From contig NZ_JBEPWD010000001.1 in the NCBI RefSeq assembly GCF_041642575.1, positions 74,749 through 138,748 on the forward strand: a stretch of DNA of 64,000 nt, written 5' to 3'. This document shows positions 38,113 to 48,300 of this stretch, piece after piece. The stretch's first letter is position 1, and every line of letters starts with the position of its first letter. Source of the stretch: Salegentibacter sp. (GTDB taxonomy: Bacteria > Bacteroidota > Bacteroidia > Flavobacteriales > Flavobacteriaceae). Made by a program: the position numbers and the translations under genes. Below the pieces are notes generated by a model. The model was not told the DNA's origin and ran no database searches. It saw only the letters and a program-made list of their open reading frames with translations.

Positions 38113-38616
38113 TTAGAAATCAATTTTTACTCTGAAATTTCCTTCGGAAATAAGCTTTCTTGAAAGATCAGTCTGGTTATGTCCCTGGAAAGAAAACCTA
38201 CCGGTAAGATAATTCCCGTCGTCTTCTATAATCTCAATGATATCCTGAGAATTTCCTTTAACATTAAGCCATTCTCCATCTCCTTGTCGGTACTTAATCC
38301 AGCTGTTCTGGAAAGAGCTGCTGCCCAAAGAATAGAAATTATTCCCAATGTAATTAGAAATCCGAAATTCAATACTTTCATCGGATACCGTTCCAACTTT
38401 GAACAGGATATCCGTACTACCAGTATGAGTAACATATTTTTCACAGGAAATAATTCCTTCCATACCTTGCACAAACAGATCTACTCCATCTACTTTGGCG
38501 GTTAAAAATTCTTCTTCATCCATAAGTTGTAATGAATCGTCATCATTATTACAGCCTACTAGAAGACATGTCATCAAAAACAGGGGGACTGCGATTTTGT
38601 GGATGAAATTTTTCAT
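38113..38616 (-). CDS. Lipoprotein of unknown function (DUF6252-like, tentative)
   Basis: Lipobox LVGC then NNDDD; FLTAKVDG...LTGRFSF...ISEGNF. Confidence 0.7.
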   Translation of the reverse strand: MKNFIHKIAVPLFLMTCLLVGCNNDDDSLQLMDEEEFLTAKVDGVDLFVQGMEGIISCEKYVTHTGSTDILFKVGTVSDESIEFRISNYIGNNFYSLGSSSFQNSWIKYRQGDGEWLNVKGNSQDIIEIIEDDGNYLTGRFSFQGHNQTDLSRKLISEGNFRVKIDF

Positions 38617-38830
38617 AATAAAAGAACTTTAGTGATTACAAATTAACAAGCTCCTTAAAAGTATAAAATCAACAAATTCAATACAAGGGTGATTTTCCCC
38701 TAATTTACTGATAACTAGTTTTTTAACAAATGAAAAACCTTTAATAAAAAATCATCCTCAGATCATATCAGCATTTGTAAATAAAAAAAAAGTACCATTT
38801 AGGTGCTTGTACTCTTTAGATATTATGATT

Positions 38831-39343
38831 TTATTTTTGTTCTTTCTTAAGCACAAAACTAATGTCTCCATTGCGCTCTAACCGGGCAATTTTTACTTTG
38901 GTGATATCCCCACTATTTGTATTCAGCCTGAGTGACTGGATTAAGTCCTGTTCACTAAGGTGGCTGCTTTTTAAAGCCTCCCATTTAATTTCCCCGTCTT
39001 CAACTACAATCTTTTCAGCGCCCTTTATTAAGTTTCCAAACCGCGTAAATTTCACTGATAAAATTGAAAACACCCAGTGGATTAAAATAAGTAAAAGGGT
39101 TGCAAGAATCAGTTTAAAAAAAAGATCAGAGCGGGTAATTGCTCTGCTTAATAAAGATCCTATTATAATAGAGAGAATAAAATCGAAGGCTGTCATTTTT
39201 TCTACGAAACGTTTATTACCAATCCTTACCAATGCGATACCAACAATATAGATCACTACAGTTCTGCTGAGCACATGAACTGTTTCCAGCTCATCGGCTT
39301 CAATACCAAAAAGGGAATCGAGAAAGGTTAATATATCTTCCAT
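38831..39343 (-). CDS. DUF421/YetF membrane protein
   Basis: RIGNKR...MTAFDF...IGS and ARLERNGDISF motifs. Confidence 0.88.
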   Translation of the reverse strand: MEDILTFLDSLFGIEADELETVHVLSRTVVIYIVGIALVRIGNKRFVEKMTAFDFILSIIIGSLLSRAITRSDLFFKLILATLLLILIHWVFSILSVKFTRFGNLIKGAEKIVVEDGEIKWEALKSSHLSEQDLIQSLRLNTNSGDITKVKIARLERNGDISFVLKKEQK

Positions 39344-39845
39344 AAAAAAATTAAACTGCTTCGGACTATTCCTTCTGAAAAAGTAAACTTCTCAGGAGAA
39401 AAACACCTAAAGTTAATATTTCCTGATAAGGAAAATATTTATATTTCGTTAAATGCGGCTACAGAATTACTGAAAATTCAGAATCCTTCTTGTTCGGAAT
39501 GATAATCTGTATTATTTTGAATAAAAAAACTTTCTGGCAGAAGTTTGATCATGTTTAGGCGCGATAGCGCGTTTGTTTATTTTTTGCGGCCAACTGTAAA
39601 ACGGCTTGCTCACAGTTACAGCACTTGTTCATTTTGTATTTCTTTTCTCCTTTTTGAATGTTTCGTTAATCGGGTGCAGGTTGATTCGAAAAAAAAAGTG
39701 CTTGAGTTTATTATCTGATAAAAAAGAATGAAAGAGAAAATTGCTTTATTTTTTTCTATATTGAAAGTGAATCCGATTCTTTTGCCAAATAGTTGCTATT
39801 CCTCCAGAACTCCTACTTTGGTGAAAATCTACGTTGATATTAAGA

Positions 39846-40400
39846 ATGGAGTTTAGAGTTGATCCCGATACCTGGTTTGTTTTTAGCATCTTGTTTATTA
39901 GCGGATTGGGACTATTTATAGTAGGCTTTATAGCTATCCCTTATTTACTCCGGAAAAAACAAATGGAACGGCTGCAATTCAAATTTGATAGAAAGAGTGA
40001 TCGCTTTGACAAAATAGAAAAGAAAATTTCACAACGTAGGGAAACTCAATTAGAGAAGAACAATCAGAAGTTAAAATCTGATCTAAGGGTATCTCTCAGA
40101 GAAATAGCAAAAAACAACCGGCACGAACCTGAGACGCTTACTTTCTTTTCAGATTTTGAAAAAATATATCCTGATTTTACATCATCCCTTCAGAAAATTA
40201 TTCCAAATATTACATCGAATGAAATAAAGCTATGCGCACTGCTCCGTTTGAATTTGAGCGCAAAAGAAGTGAGTGAGCTTTTAAACATCACCCCGGAAAG
40301 TGTGAATAAAGCACGTTATAGATTAAGGAAAAAAATTGGCTTACAAGCTAAGGATGATTTAGATATTTACCTTTTAAATATATCAAGTTCAACCGATTAA
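39846..40400 (+). CDS. Membrane-anchored LuxR-type HTH regulator lacking a sensor domain
   Basis: One TM helix, a coiled segment, then LCALLRLNLSAKEVSELLNITPESVNKARYRLRKK. ATG at 39846. Confidence 0.8.
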   Translation: MEFRVDPDTWFVFSILFISGLGLFIVGFIAIPYLLRKKQMERLQFKFDRKSDRFDKIEKKISQRRETQLEKNNQKLKSDLRVSLREIAKNNRHEPETLTFFSDFEKIYPDFTSSLQKIIPNITSNEIKLCALLRLNLSAKEVSELLNITPESVNKARYRLRKKIGLQAKDDLDIYLLNISSSTD

Positions 40401-40479
40401 AATCCTGTCCATTATTTGTCCATTATCATTTATATAAAATTAGGAGAACTCCTCAGTATGTTTGTTTAAAACAAGAACG

Positions 40480-41925
40480 ATGAGATTTTTCGAGATTATT
40501 TTACTGGTAATTACTACTACCTATCCAATTTTATTTTTACTTAAGCTCAAAACTCCAAAGAAGAAAATTTTTGCATTATTTATAGGAATTATTTTCCTTT
40601 TGCATTTAGTTTTAGAAGGAGCCAGATGGCAAATGACTCCGGGATATTTAATAGTCCTTGGAGTTCTACTTGTATTGCTGAAACAACCAATATTTGGGAA
40701 ATTTAATTTATTGGTAAAGATATTTCTTACGTCCGGCTTGGTAATTATTTTAATACTTAGTTGGCTTTTACCTATTATTTTACCTGTTTTCAAATTACCC
40801 ACGCCCACCGGTAACCTTGAGATTGGCTCAAAGTATATTCATATAAAAACCGATAGGCCGGAATTAATAACTCTTAATAAAGATGATAAGAGGGAATTAA
40901 TAGTTAAAGTCTGGTATCCCGCCCAGAGTGCAGATGAAAGCAAGGAAAAATACCTGGATGAAGGAAATAGACTTGGCTTTGCTGAGAAATATGGTTTACC
41001 CGGATGGACCATGAATTATTTAGACCTTATAAAAACTAACACCTATAGAAGTCCGGAAGTTGCAAAAGGGAAATTTCCGGTAATAATTTTTTCTCACGGA
41101 CACTATTCTAAAGCCTTTGGTTACTATGCGCTTATTGAAGAAATAGTAAGCCAGGGTTACATTGTTGTAAACATCAATCATACTTATGAAAGCACAGGTT
41201 CAGTATTTCCAGACGGAAATTTAAAGCTTTATAATACTACCTATGACAGCTTAAATAATAACCAGAAAATGGCAGAAATGGCGTGGAATGCCACCCAGGA
41301 ATTTAAACAGGCAGAAAATCCTGAAGAAGAATTTAAGGCAGTTAAAGACTTACTGGAGGATTACATTGCAGCTGAAAGTATTAAAAGATGGAGTAAAGAT
41401 ATTTCTTCGGTCATAGATCATTTAGAAAATGATGAGAGCTTCTCATTCTTAAGAAATCAAATTATTAATTCAAATATTGGTGTTTTGGGTCATTCGCATG
41501 GCGGAGCTGCAGCAGGCCAGGTTTTACTTGAGGACAATCGAGTTAAAGCTGCAATAAATATAGATGGTACTCAATGGGGCCCTATGGTAAATAGCACTTT
41601 AAATAAACCTTTTGCCTATATATCTTCAGACTGGCCTGAGGAGCAACCAAATTTTAATGAACATGCGTTCCGAAATAAAAGCAATGCCGACTTTTATAAT
41701 ATTAAAATTGAAAATTCTGGACATTCCAATTTTATGGATCTCCCTTTGATGGTCAATTTTTCTGCTATAAATGAGGCGGGAAGTATAGCTCCATTCAGGG
41801 CTTATAAGATTACAAATTCACTTTTAACCAATTTTTTCGATAAATACCTTTTGAATAAGCAGCCTATAAACTTATTCGAAATGGAGAAAGAGTATAAGGA
41901 AATTACTGTCGAACCAGAATTTTAG
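40480..41925 (+). CDS. Membrane-anchored alpha/beta hydrolase (PAF-acetylhydrolase-like)
   Basis: Three N-terminal TM segments, VWYPA, FSHG, nucleophile GHSHGG, NIDG, HSNF. Confidence 0.85.
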   Translation: MRFFEIILLVITTTYPILFLLKLKTPKKKIFALFIGIIFLLHLVLEGARWQMTPGYLIVLGVLLVLLKQPIFGKFNLLVKIFLTSGLVIILILSWLLPIILPVFKLPTPTGNLEIGSKYIHIKTDRPELITLNKDDKRELIVKVWYPAQSADESKEKYLDEGNRLGFAEKYGLPGWTMNYLDLIKTNTYRSPEVAKGKFPVIIFSHGHYSKAFGYYALIEEIVSQGYIVVNINHTYESTGSVFPDGNLKLYNTTYDSLNNNQKMAEMAWNATQEFKQAENPEEEFKAVKDLLEDYIAAESIKRWSKDISSVIDHLENDESFSFLRNQIINSNIGVLGHSHGGAAAGQVLLEDNRVKAAINIDGTQWGPMVNSTLNKPFAYISSDWPEEQPNFNEHAFRNKSNADFYNIKIENSGHSNFMDLPLMVNFSAINEAGSIAPFRAYKITNSLLTNFFDKYLLNKQPINLFEMEKEYKEITVEPEF

Positions 41926-42097
41926 ATTAAGTATTTCTAGAATCACTTATTATTATCAGTGGTTAGAGATAAGAATTGGATATTTGATTCGTGCGGTTAA
42001 AAGAATTACAAGGCCACCGTAGCCAACCACCAAGAGGATTAAACTCCAAAACGGTGACGTGTTTTTCACCTTTCTACTTTTAAAGCAGTAATAATAG

Positions 42098-42505
42098 TTA
42101 TTCTCCTGCTATTGATTGAAGTACTCTTTCAACAGCTTTCCGTTCAGCTGGGCCTAAAACCTCAACGTGGCGTTGATAGGTGTCTAAATTTGAACTATCT
42201 AATTTGCTGGTATCGGTAACAAATCTACTTATATAACCATCAAATGCGGGCTTGTCAACGGGCCTATCAACAAACTTGATAATATTATTATGTCGTGAAT
42301 CTTTTTCAATTTGAGAATAAAGACTCTTAACCACCTCTTTCTCACCTTCTACTAATTGAAAAAAATTAGTTTCCGCATAAAGAAGAACACCAGTTATATC
42401 ATGACTATTATTAAACTTATTTACTTGCTCAAATAGGTCTGCAATATCTTCTTCATTAAGATTAGGATTTGCAGTACTTACATAGGAAATGGCATATCTC
42501 ATCAT
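42098..42505 (-). CDS. Stand-alone BLUF domain protein
   Basis: ISYVS (Tyr), N..HDITGVLL, FFQLVEG (Gln), DSRH. Start set at MMRY (42505). Confidence 0.88.
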   Translation of the reverse strand: MMRYAISYVSTANPNLNEEDIADLFEQVNKFNNSHDITGVLLYAETNFFQLVEGEKEVVKSLYSQIEKDSRHNNIIKFVDRPVDKPAFDGYISRFVTDTSKLDSSNLDTYQRHVEVLGPAERKAVERVLQSIAGE

Positions 42506-42598
42506 TTGCGAATTTACGTAGGTATCAAATATATCTTTTATAAATAGCGGTTTTTTGGTTTCCGGAAAACTCTTGTTGGTCAATTCAGTTTAATCAAA

Positions 42599-42949
42599 TT
42601 AACTAATTTCCCAATTAAAGAAATTGGATAATAAAATAAAAATTACAATGAGAATAATTACAGGAAGAATGACTAATAATAGAATTTTTTGCTCTGAACT
42701 TTTTTTGAAGGAGTCTCTAATTAATCTTTCTTCAAATCTTTCTAAAGAAAGATGTTTTTCAATGTTGCCTTTTAAAGCCTCTTGCCCTCTTTTTGTTATC
42801 TTAAATTGACCATCGGGGGTTACATACAATAAATTGTATTTCTGTAACTGAAGAAAAATCTTTTCCTCTTCTTCGTTTTTAAAATCTGGAAGATGGTTTA
42901 ACCCGTTCTGAAACTGCCGGAGAATTTGTTCTGGTAGATTTTGAGTCAT
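42599..42949 (-). CDS. Hypothetical protein with C-terminal TM helix
   Basis: Winged-helix-like segment (FKITKRGQEAL) plus a hydrophobic tail. Start set at MTQNL. Confidence 0.55.
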   Translation of the reverse strand: MTQNLPEQILRQFQNGLNHLPDFKNEEEEKIFLQLQKYNLLYVTPDGQFKITKRGQEALKGNIEKHLSLERFEERLIRDSFKKSSEQKILLLVILPVIILIVIFILLSNFFNWEIS

Positions 42950-43192
42950 GGGTTCGAGCAGTTTTCTAAATAAATTGTTTAGACCAACAAATGTACAGAA
43001 AGTTCTTAAACTCAAACTTTTGAAGAACGAAGATTATAACCCCCTCATTTTTCTGCTGTGAATAAAATATCTTTTAGGGATGGTTTAATCATAAATTCTG
43101 AAACAAGGCAATATGGAATCAAAAAAAAAAGAACAGTTTAATCTCTGTAATCGCAGATATAGCAAAGGGCGAGAAAGGTTCTAAAAGTAAAA

Positions 43193-43214
43193 AAGCCACC
43201 CGAAAGGGTGGCTT
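43193..43214 (-). terminator. Terminator of the tRNA gene
   Basis: AAGCCACCC-GAAA-GGGTGGCTT with an A tract on the + strand. Confidence 0.85.
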
Positions 43215-43225
43215 GTCTTCTACAG

Positions 43226-43298
<73 letters not shown>

Positions 43299-43353
43299 AT
43301 ATTGGACTGCAAATATACAGTCATTTTATAATTCTCCAAAGCTTTTTTTGTAA

Positions 43354-43707
43354 TTATTCCATCACCCAATTCATCGCCTTTAGTCGTTCCTTTTTTTCAA
43401 AGGATTTCACCTTCGAAGAAACCAACAGATCTTTTATTTCCATTGATTTTTGAAACACTTTATCATCCGTAACCACCGCGATCTTTTGTAAATCCCGCGA
43501 ATGGGAATAGTTGAATTCTAAAGCCTTCAAAAAAGCTTTTACTGAAATACCCTGGTCAGATTCGTCCTCCAGGTACAAGCAAATGGGAGACACCACTTCT
43601 AAGCGGTTTTTTATCGTTGATAGGATCTCCTCTATTTTCTGTTGATTAATTTCTTCATTAATAATGAAACCAACAACATTTTGGGCAAATTCGAAAGTTT
43701 TTTCCAT
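43354..43707 (-). CDS. STAS/SEC14 (SpoIIAA-like) domain protein
   Basis: LQKIAVVTD...VKSFEKKERLKAMNWV pattern. Confidence 0.8.
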   Translation of the reverse strand: MEKTFEFAQNVVGFIINEEINQQKIEEILSTIKNRLEVVSPICLYLEDESDQGISVKAFLKALEFNYSHSRDLQKIAVVTDDKVFQKSMEIKDLLVSSKVKSFEKKERLKAMNWVME

Positions 43708-43787
43708 TGTAATACAAATGGTTAGGATGCTTCCGAAGTTAAAAAAAGAAAACCAAATCTAAGACTGCTTAAGAATAATTTAAACTT

Positions 43788-43970
43788 TTACTGCTCAATA
43801 TTCATCGCTTCAAAAGAAATTAATTCTCCATCCACGAATGAAACCTTAATCTCAATTGGATTACAACAGTTTTCACAGTCTTCAATATAAGTCTGGCGGC
43901 TAACCGAAGGATCGAGCAATACCGAAATTTCCTGCCAGCAATATGGACATTGAAAAAATTGTTCAAACAT
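43788..43970 (-). CDS. CPXCG-motif cysteine-rich mini protein
   Basis: CPYCW...YIEDCENCCNPI; TAATG overlap with the TolC stop codon. Confidence 0.85.
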   Translation of the reverse strand: MFEQFFQCPYCWQEISVLLDPSVSRQTYIEDCENCCNPIEIKVSFVDGELISFEAMNIEQ

Positions 43971-45310
43971 TATAACTCAATATTTAGTAACTGCCCGGTA
44001 AGCTGAAGCAATTCCAGTTCTGCGAGTTTAGCATCATATTTGGCAAGGTTCTTACTGGTTTGTGCGTCAAGAAGATTGACCTGGGCTTGTCGGAATTCAA
44101 TTGAAGTGATGCGTCCGAGTTTGAATTGTTCTTCCGAGCGTTCAAAATTATCCTGGTTGGTAGCTACATTTTCTTCCTGAACCCGGTAGATATAAAGTTT
44201 ATTCTCATAGTTCCCCAGGGCATTTGCTATATTACGTCTTACCTCAAGCTCAATTTGATTTTTAAGCAGCTCCTGGTTCTCATAATTGATCTTTGCGTTT
44301 TGAATCTGAACGCTGGTTCTTCCTCCATCAAAGAGGTTCCAGTTAAGACTAACCCCGGCTGAAATACCATCGGTGGTGGTGGTGCTTCCAGGAAAAAAGG
44401 CAGTTGCAGCACTTCTGTTCCTGTTCCAGCCGTAAGAACCGGTAAGATCAATTGTGGGCAGGTAGCCCGACCGGCTTATCTTAATATCATAATCGCTGAT
44501 GTTCAGATTTTTCTCTATCTGCAACAAAGACACATTATTTAAAGAGGCTTCATCTACGAAAGCCTCCAATTGGAGTTCAGGAAAGAAATTAACCGTGGTA
44601 TCTACCACAAATTCCTTATCCGTAATTTCCCTGTCAAGCAATACATTCAGGTCTCGTTTAGTATTATGAAGTTGCTGCCGGGTTTCCAAAAGATTAATAC
44701 TGTCGTTATTAACATCTACCCTGGCATTTAATATTGCAAGGTTGTTAGTTTGGCCGTACTCAAACTGGTACTGCGCCCTGGTGACACGTTCTTCTGAAGT
44801 TTCTAATACATCCTTCAGAACTTCGATATTCTCCGTTAAACGAGCGATCTCATAATATACGCTCATGAGTTGCAGGATGGTGTTTTCTATGGTTTCCCTG
44901 GCTTCAAGCTGCGAGAGATCATACTGTTCTTTCAGACTTTTAAAATTGTAAAGCCTTCCGAGACCGTCAAACAGTGTATAATCAACATTAATAGAGGCAT
45001 TATACCTGTTACTTTCAATACCTTGCTGATCTACATTTTCACGATCTTCAGGTTCTGTAAGCCTATCATTAAGATCATAACCTGCACCGGCCTGTCCGGA
45101 AAGCCTGGGCAAATACCCAGAATTAAGTATCCCCTGATTGTTCTCTGCGATCTCCACCTGATTCCTGGCGATCTTTATTCCGAAGTTATTCTCCAGGGCT
45201 CTTGTAATAGCTTCCTCTTTGGTAATAACCTCCTGTTCCTGAGCTGAAACCTGGAATACAACTAAAAAAATAATAAAAAATGTAAACCTAAGTTCTTTCT
45301 TCATGCTCAT
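43970..45310 (-). CDS. TolC-family outer membrane efflux protein
   Basis: Signal after MSMKKELR; ALENN, YLPRL/YLPTI repeats. Start set at 45310. Confidence 0.92.
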   Translation of the reverse strand: MSMKKELRFTFFIIFLVVFQVSAQEQEVITKEEAITRALENNFGIKIARNQVEIAENNQGILNSGYLPRLSGQAGAGYDLNDRLTEPEDRENVDQQGIESNRYNASINVDYTLFDGLGRLYNFKSLKEQYDLSQLEARETIENTILQLMSVYYEIARLTENIEVLKDVLETSEERVTRAQYQFEYGQTNNLAILNARVDVNNDSINLLETRQQLHNTKRDLNVLLDREITDKEFVVDTTVNFFPELQLEAFVDEASLNNVSLLQIEKNLNISDYDIKISRSGYLPTIDLTGSYGWNRNRSAATAFFPGSTTTTDGISAGVSLNWNLFDGGRTSVQIQNAKINYENQELLKNQIELEVRRNIANALGNYENKLYIYRVQEENVATNQDNFERSEEQFKLGRITSIEFRQAQVNLLDAQTSKNLAKYDAKLAELELLQLTGQLLNIEL

Positions 45311-48300
45311 GCTCTTCTTTTTGTTCCTTAATTGCACGTTCAACCTCCTCACTCGAGACCCTGTTTCCGGTTGCCAGCCATTTTCCTCCAATTTTAATAT
45401 TATTACTGATTGATAATAGCAATGGCAGTAGCAAAAGAGTCAAAACCGTGGCGATAGCTATTCCGTAGGAAATGGAGATGGCCATAGGTTTAAGGAATTG
45501 AGCCTGTCTGCTCTTTTCAAGTAACAGAGGCGCCATTCCTGCAATAGTGGTTACCGAGGTAAGAAAAATAGCTCTAAATCTTGCTCTTCCGGCTTCGTAC
45601 AAGGCATCCTCGAATTTCATTCCCGATCGCAAATTACCATTGAATTTACTGATAAGTACCAGTCCGTCATTCACCATAATCCCTATTAAAGCAATAATTC
45701 CTAAAGCCGAAAGTACATTCACAGGGAAATCATGGATCCAGTGGCCCCAGGCCACTCCTATAATACTAAAAGGAATCATTAGCATCAGTAAAAACGGTTG
45801 ACTGTAACTTCTGAAGGTAAAGGCGATCGTGGCGTATATCAGAAATAGAATTACCGGAAGTACACCTTTTGCAGAATTCGTCAATTTGTTGGCCTCTCGA
45901 TTCTGACCCTCATAAGAAACTCCCAGACTGGGATATTTTGACAATAGATCCGGCATCACATTATTTCTAATATCAGAAAGGATATCTGTAGAGCTACCGT
46001 TTGGATCCTCCATATCTGCACTCACCCTTATTTCGCGCATCCCATCGAGGTGACTTATGGATTCTGTTCCCCTTATAATTTCATAGGTAGCGATCTCATT
46101 AAAAGGCACCCGGTTTCCGGAAGTTGTTGTAATTCGCATATCATCAAGGTCGTTAATAGACGACCTGTTTTCACGGTTGTAGCGAACCCAAACCCTTATC
46201 TCATCCTGTCCCCGCTGAAAACGTTGTGCCTGGGTTCCGAAAAATCCATTTCGCACCTGTCGCATTATCTCACTTAGGTCAAGACCAAGGGCGTATGCGT
46301 TATCTTTTAACTGAATATTGATCTCCTTAATCCCTTTGGGATCGTTGTCTTTAACATCTTTTAAAAGAGGGTTATTTTCAAAGTTTGCTTTTAATTCCTC
46401 TTTCGCGGCTTCAAGTTCATCGAGATTGTTACCCAACAAGGAAACCGATATCGGATCTCCCCCAAAATTTCCACCGGAACCAAAGGTGAGGTTCTCCACC
46501 CCAAAAACCGGCCCTACTTCTTCTCTAATGGCATTTGTAATATCAGGAGAACTAAAATCTCTTTCCTCCCCGGGTAATAAATTAACCTGCAGAGAAGCTT
46601 TGTTATTTCCTGGTCCTACCCTTTTTATTATATTTTCGATCACCGAAATATTATCGGTTTGTCTTGCAGTAAAATCTTCGTTCACACGCCAGGCAGCTTC
46701 TTCCACCATGGTTATAATTGAGTCTGTCCTGGCCGGATTAACACCCTCAGCCATTAAAAGATCAATACTCACTCTGTCACTGGCAACACTGGGAAACAAA
46801 CTTACTTTAATCCAGTTGCCTCCAATTGCACCAATAGTCAGGATTAGAATTGAGGCCAATATTCCCAGGGAAAGAATTTGCTGTCGTAATACAAATCTTA
46901 AGACCGGGCTATAAAATTTATCCCGGTTGTAACGCATAATGCGGTCTCCAATCTTATTTATTTCGCGCATTTTGCTGAAGAAGCCTGTTTTTTTCTTGCC
47001 GGGTTCTTCAGTTTTTCGCTGTAGTGCTTTTGAATGTGCAATGTGAGCCGGAAGTATTATCAGCGCCTCCACCAGAGAAACAGCTAATGTGAGGATCACT
47101 ACTGTCGAAACTTCGCTAAAGAACTCTCCAATCCGACTATCAAGAAACAGGAAGGCCGAAAAAGCGAGAATCGTAGTTATTATCGCTGAAATAATTGGAG
47201 GCACCACTTCCATAGTTCCATCGAGGGCAGCCTGAACTGGTGATTTCCCCATTTCGTAATGCTGATAGATATTCTCCCCTATTACAATCCCATCATCAAC
47301 CAAAATTCCTATCACGATGATCATCCCAAATAAGGAAAGTACATTTATAGTTACCCCAAACTGGCCGGCGAAAATAAACATCCCGAGAAAGGCAATAGGA
47401 AGACCAAAGGCCACCCAAAATGCCAGGCGGATATTTAGGAAAAGAGCAAGGAAGAAAATTACTAAAAGAATTCCCACCGCCCCGTTTTCCAATAAAAGTT
47501 GGGTACGCTGCCCCAAAGTGATAGAGGAATCTGAAACCACATCCAACTGTATGTTACTACTTTTGGAATTGTAATCGGCTACATATTTTTTTATTGCCGA
47601 AGCTGCAGATAAAAGATCTTCGTTGTTGGTGTTGCTAATTGAAACATTAACCGCAGTATTTCCGTTGAAAAAAGAAGCGTTAGGCGTTTCACTAAATTGA
47701 TCACGTACGGTGGCTACATCGCTAAGCCTTGTGATCTGTCCGCTTTCCGAAGAACGCACCACAAGATCATTAAGAGCATCGGCATAATAGGAACGGCTGT
47801 TTGCTCTAATTAAATAATCTTCAGCATCGGTTTTAATTGTTCCACCGGTGCTCAATATATTAGCCGAAGCAACTGTACGTGCAACCTCCGCAAAAGTAAG
47901 GTTATAGGCTAAAAGATCATTCTGGCTAACGGCAATTTCAATTTCTTCTTCAGGGAAACCTGATATTTCTATCTGGGAAATCCCATCTATTCTTCTAAGA
48001 TCGTTCTCTATCTGCTCGCTAATGCGTTTTAAGGTCACCAATGGCACATCTTCCCCACTTATAGCAAAACTTATGGAAGGGCGCACCCTTTCCTGTTTAG
48101 AAACAACCAGTGGCTCCATCCCGCCGGGAAAAGTGGGGACACGATCTACTGCATTCTTCACCTCGGTGAGCATCACATCAATATTTTCTCCCTGTTCTAT
48201 CTCTACAGTGATCGAGCCTCCACTTTCACGAGCCACAGAGGTAACCCTGTCAATCCCAACAAGCCCCTTAAGGTTATCCTCGATCTTAAGAATTATTCCC

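Noticed and set aside
41991-42083. 30-codon GTG-initiated ORF (VRLKELQGHRSQPP...) in the hydrolase-BLUF spacer
   Set aside because: No recognisable motif or translation signal; as likely to be chance.
45311-45391. N-terminal extensions in the ORF track (TolC 45391, SDR 7783, tyrS 27062, ferritin 36705, BLUF 42583, gcdH 10451)
   Set aside because: They overlap neighbouring genes or promoter elements; downstream ATGs give family-typical N-termini.
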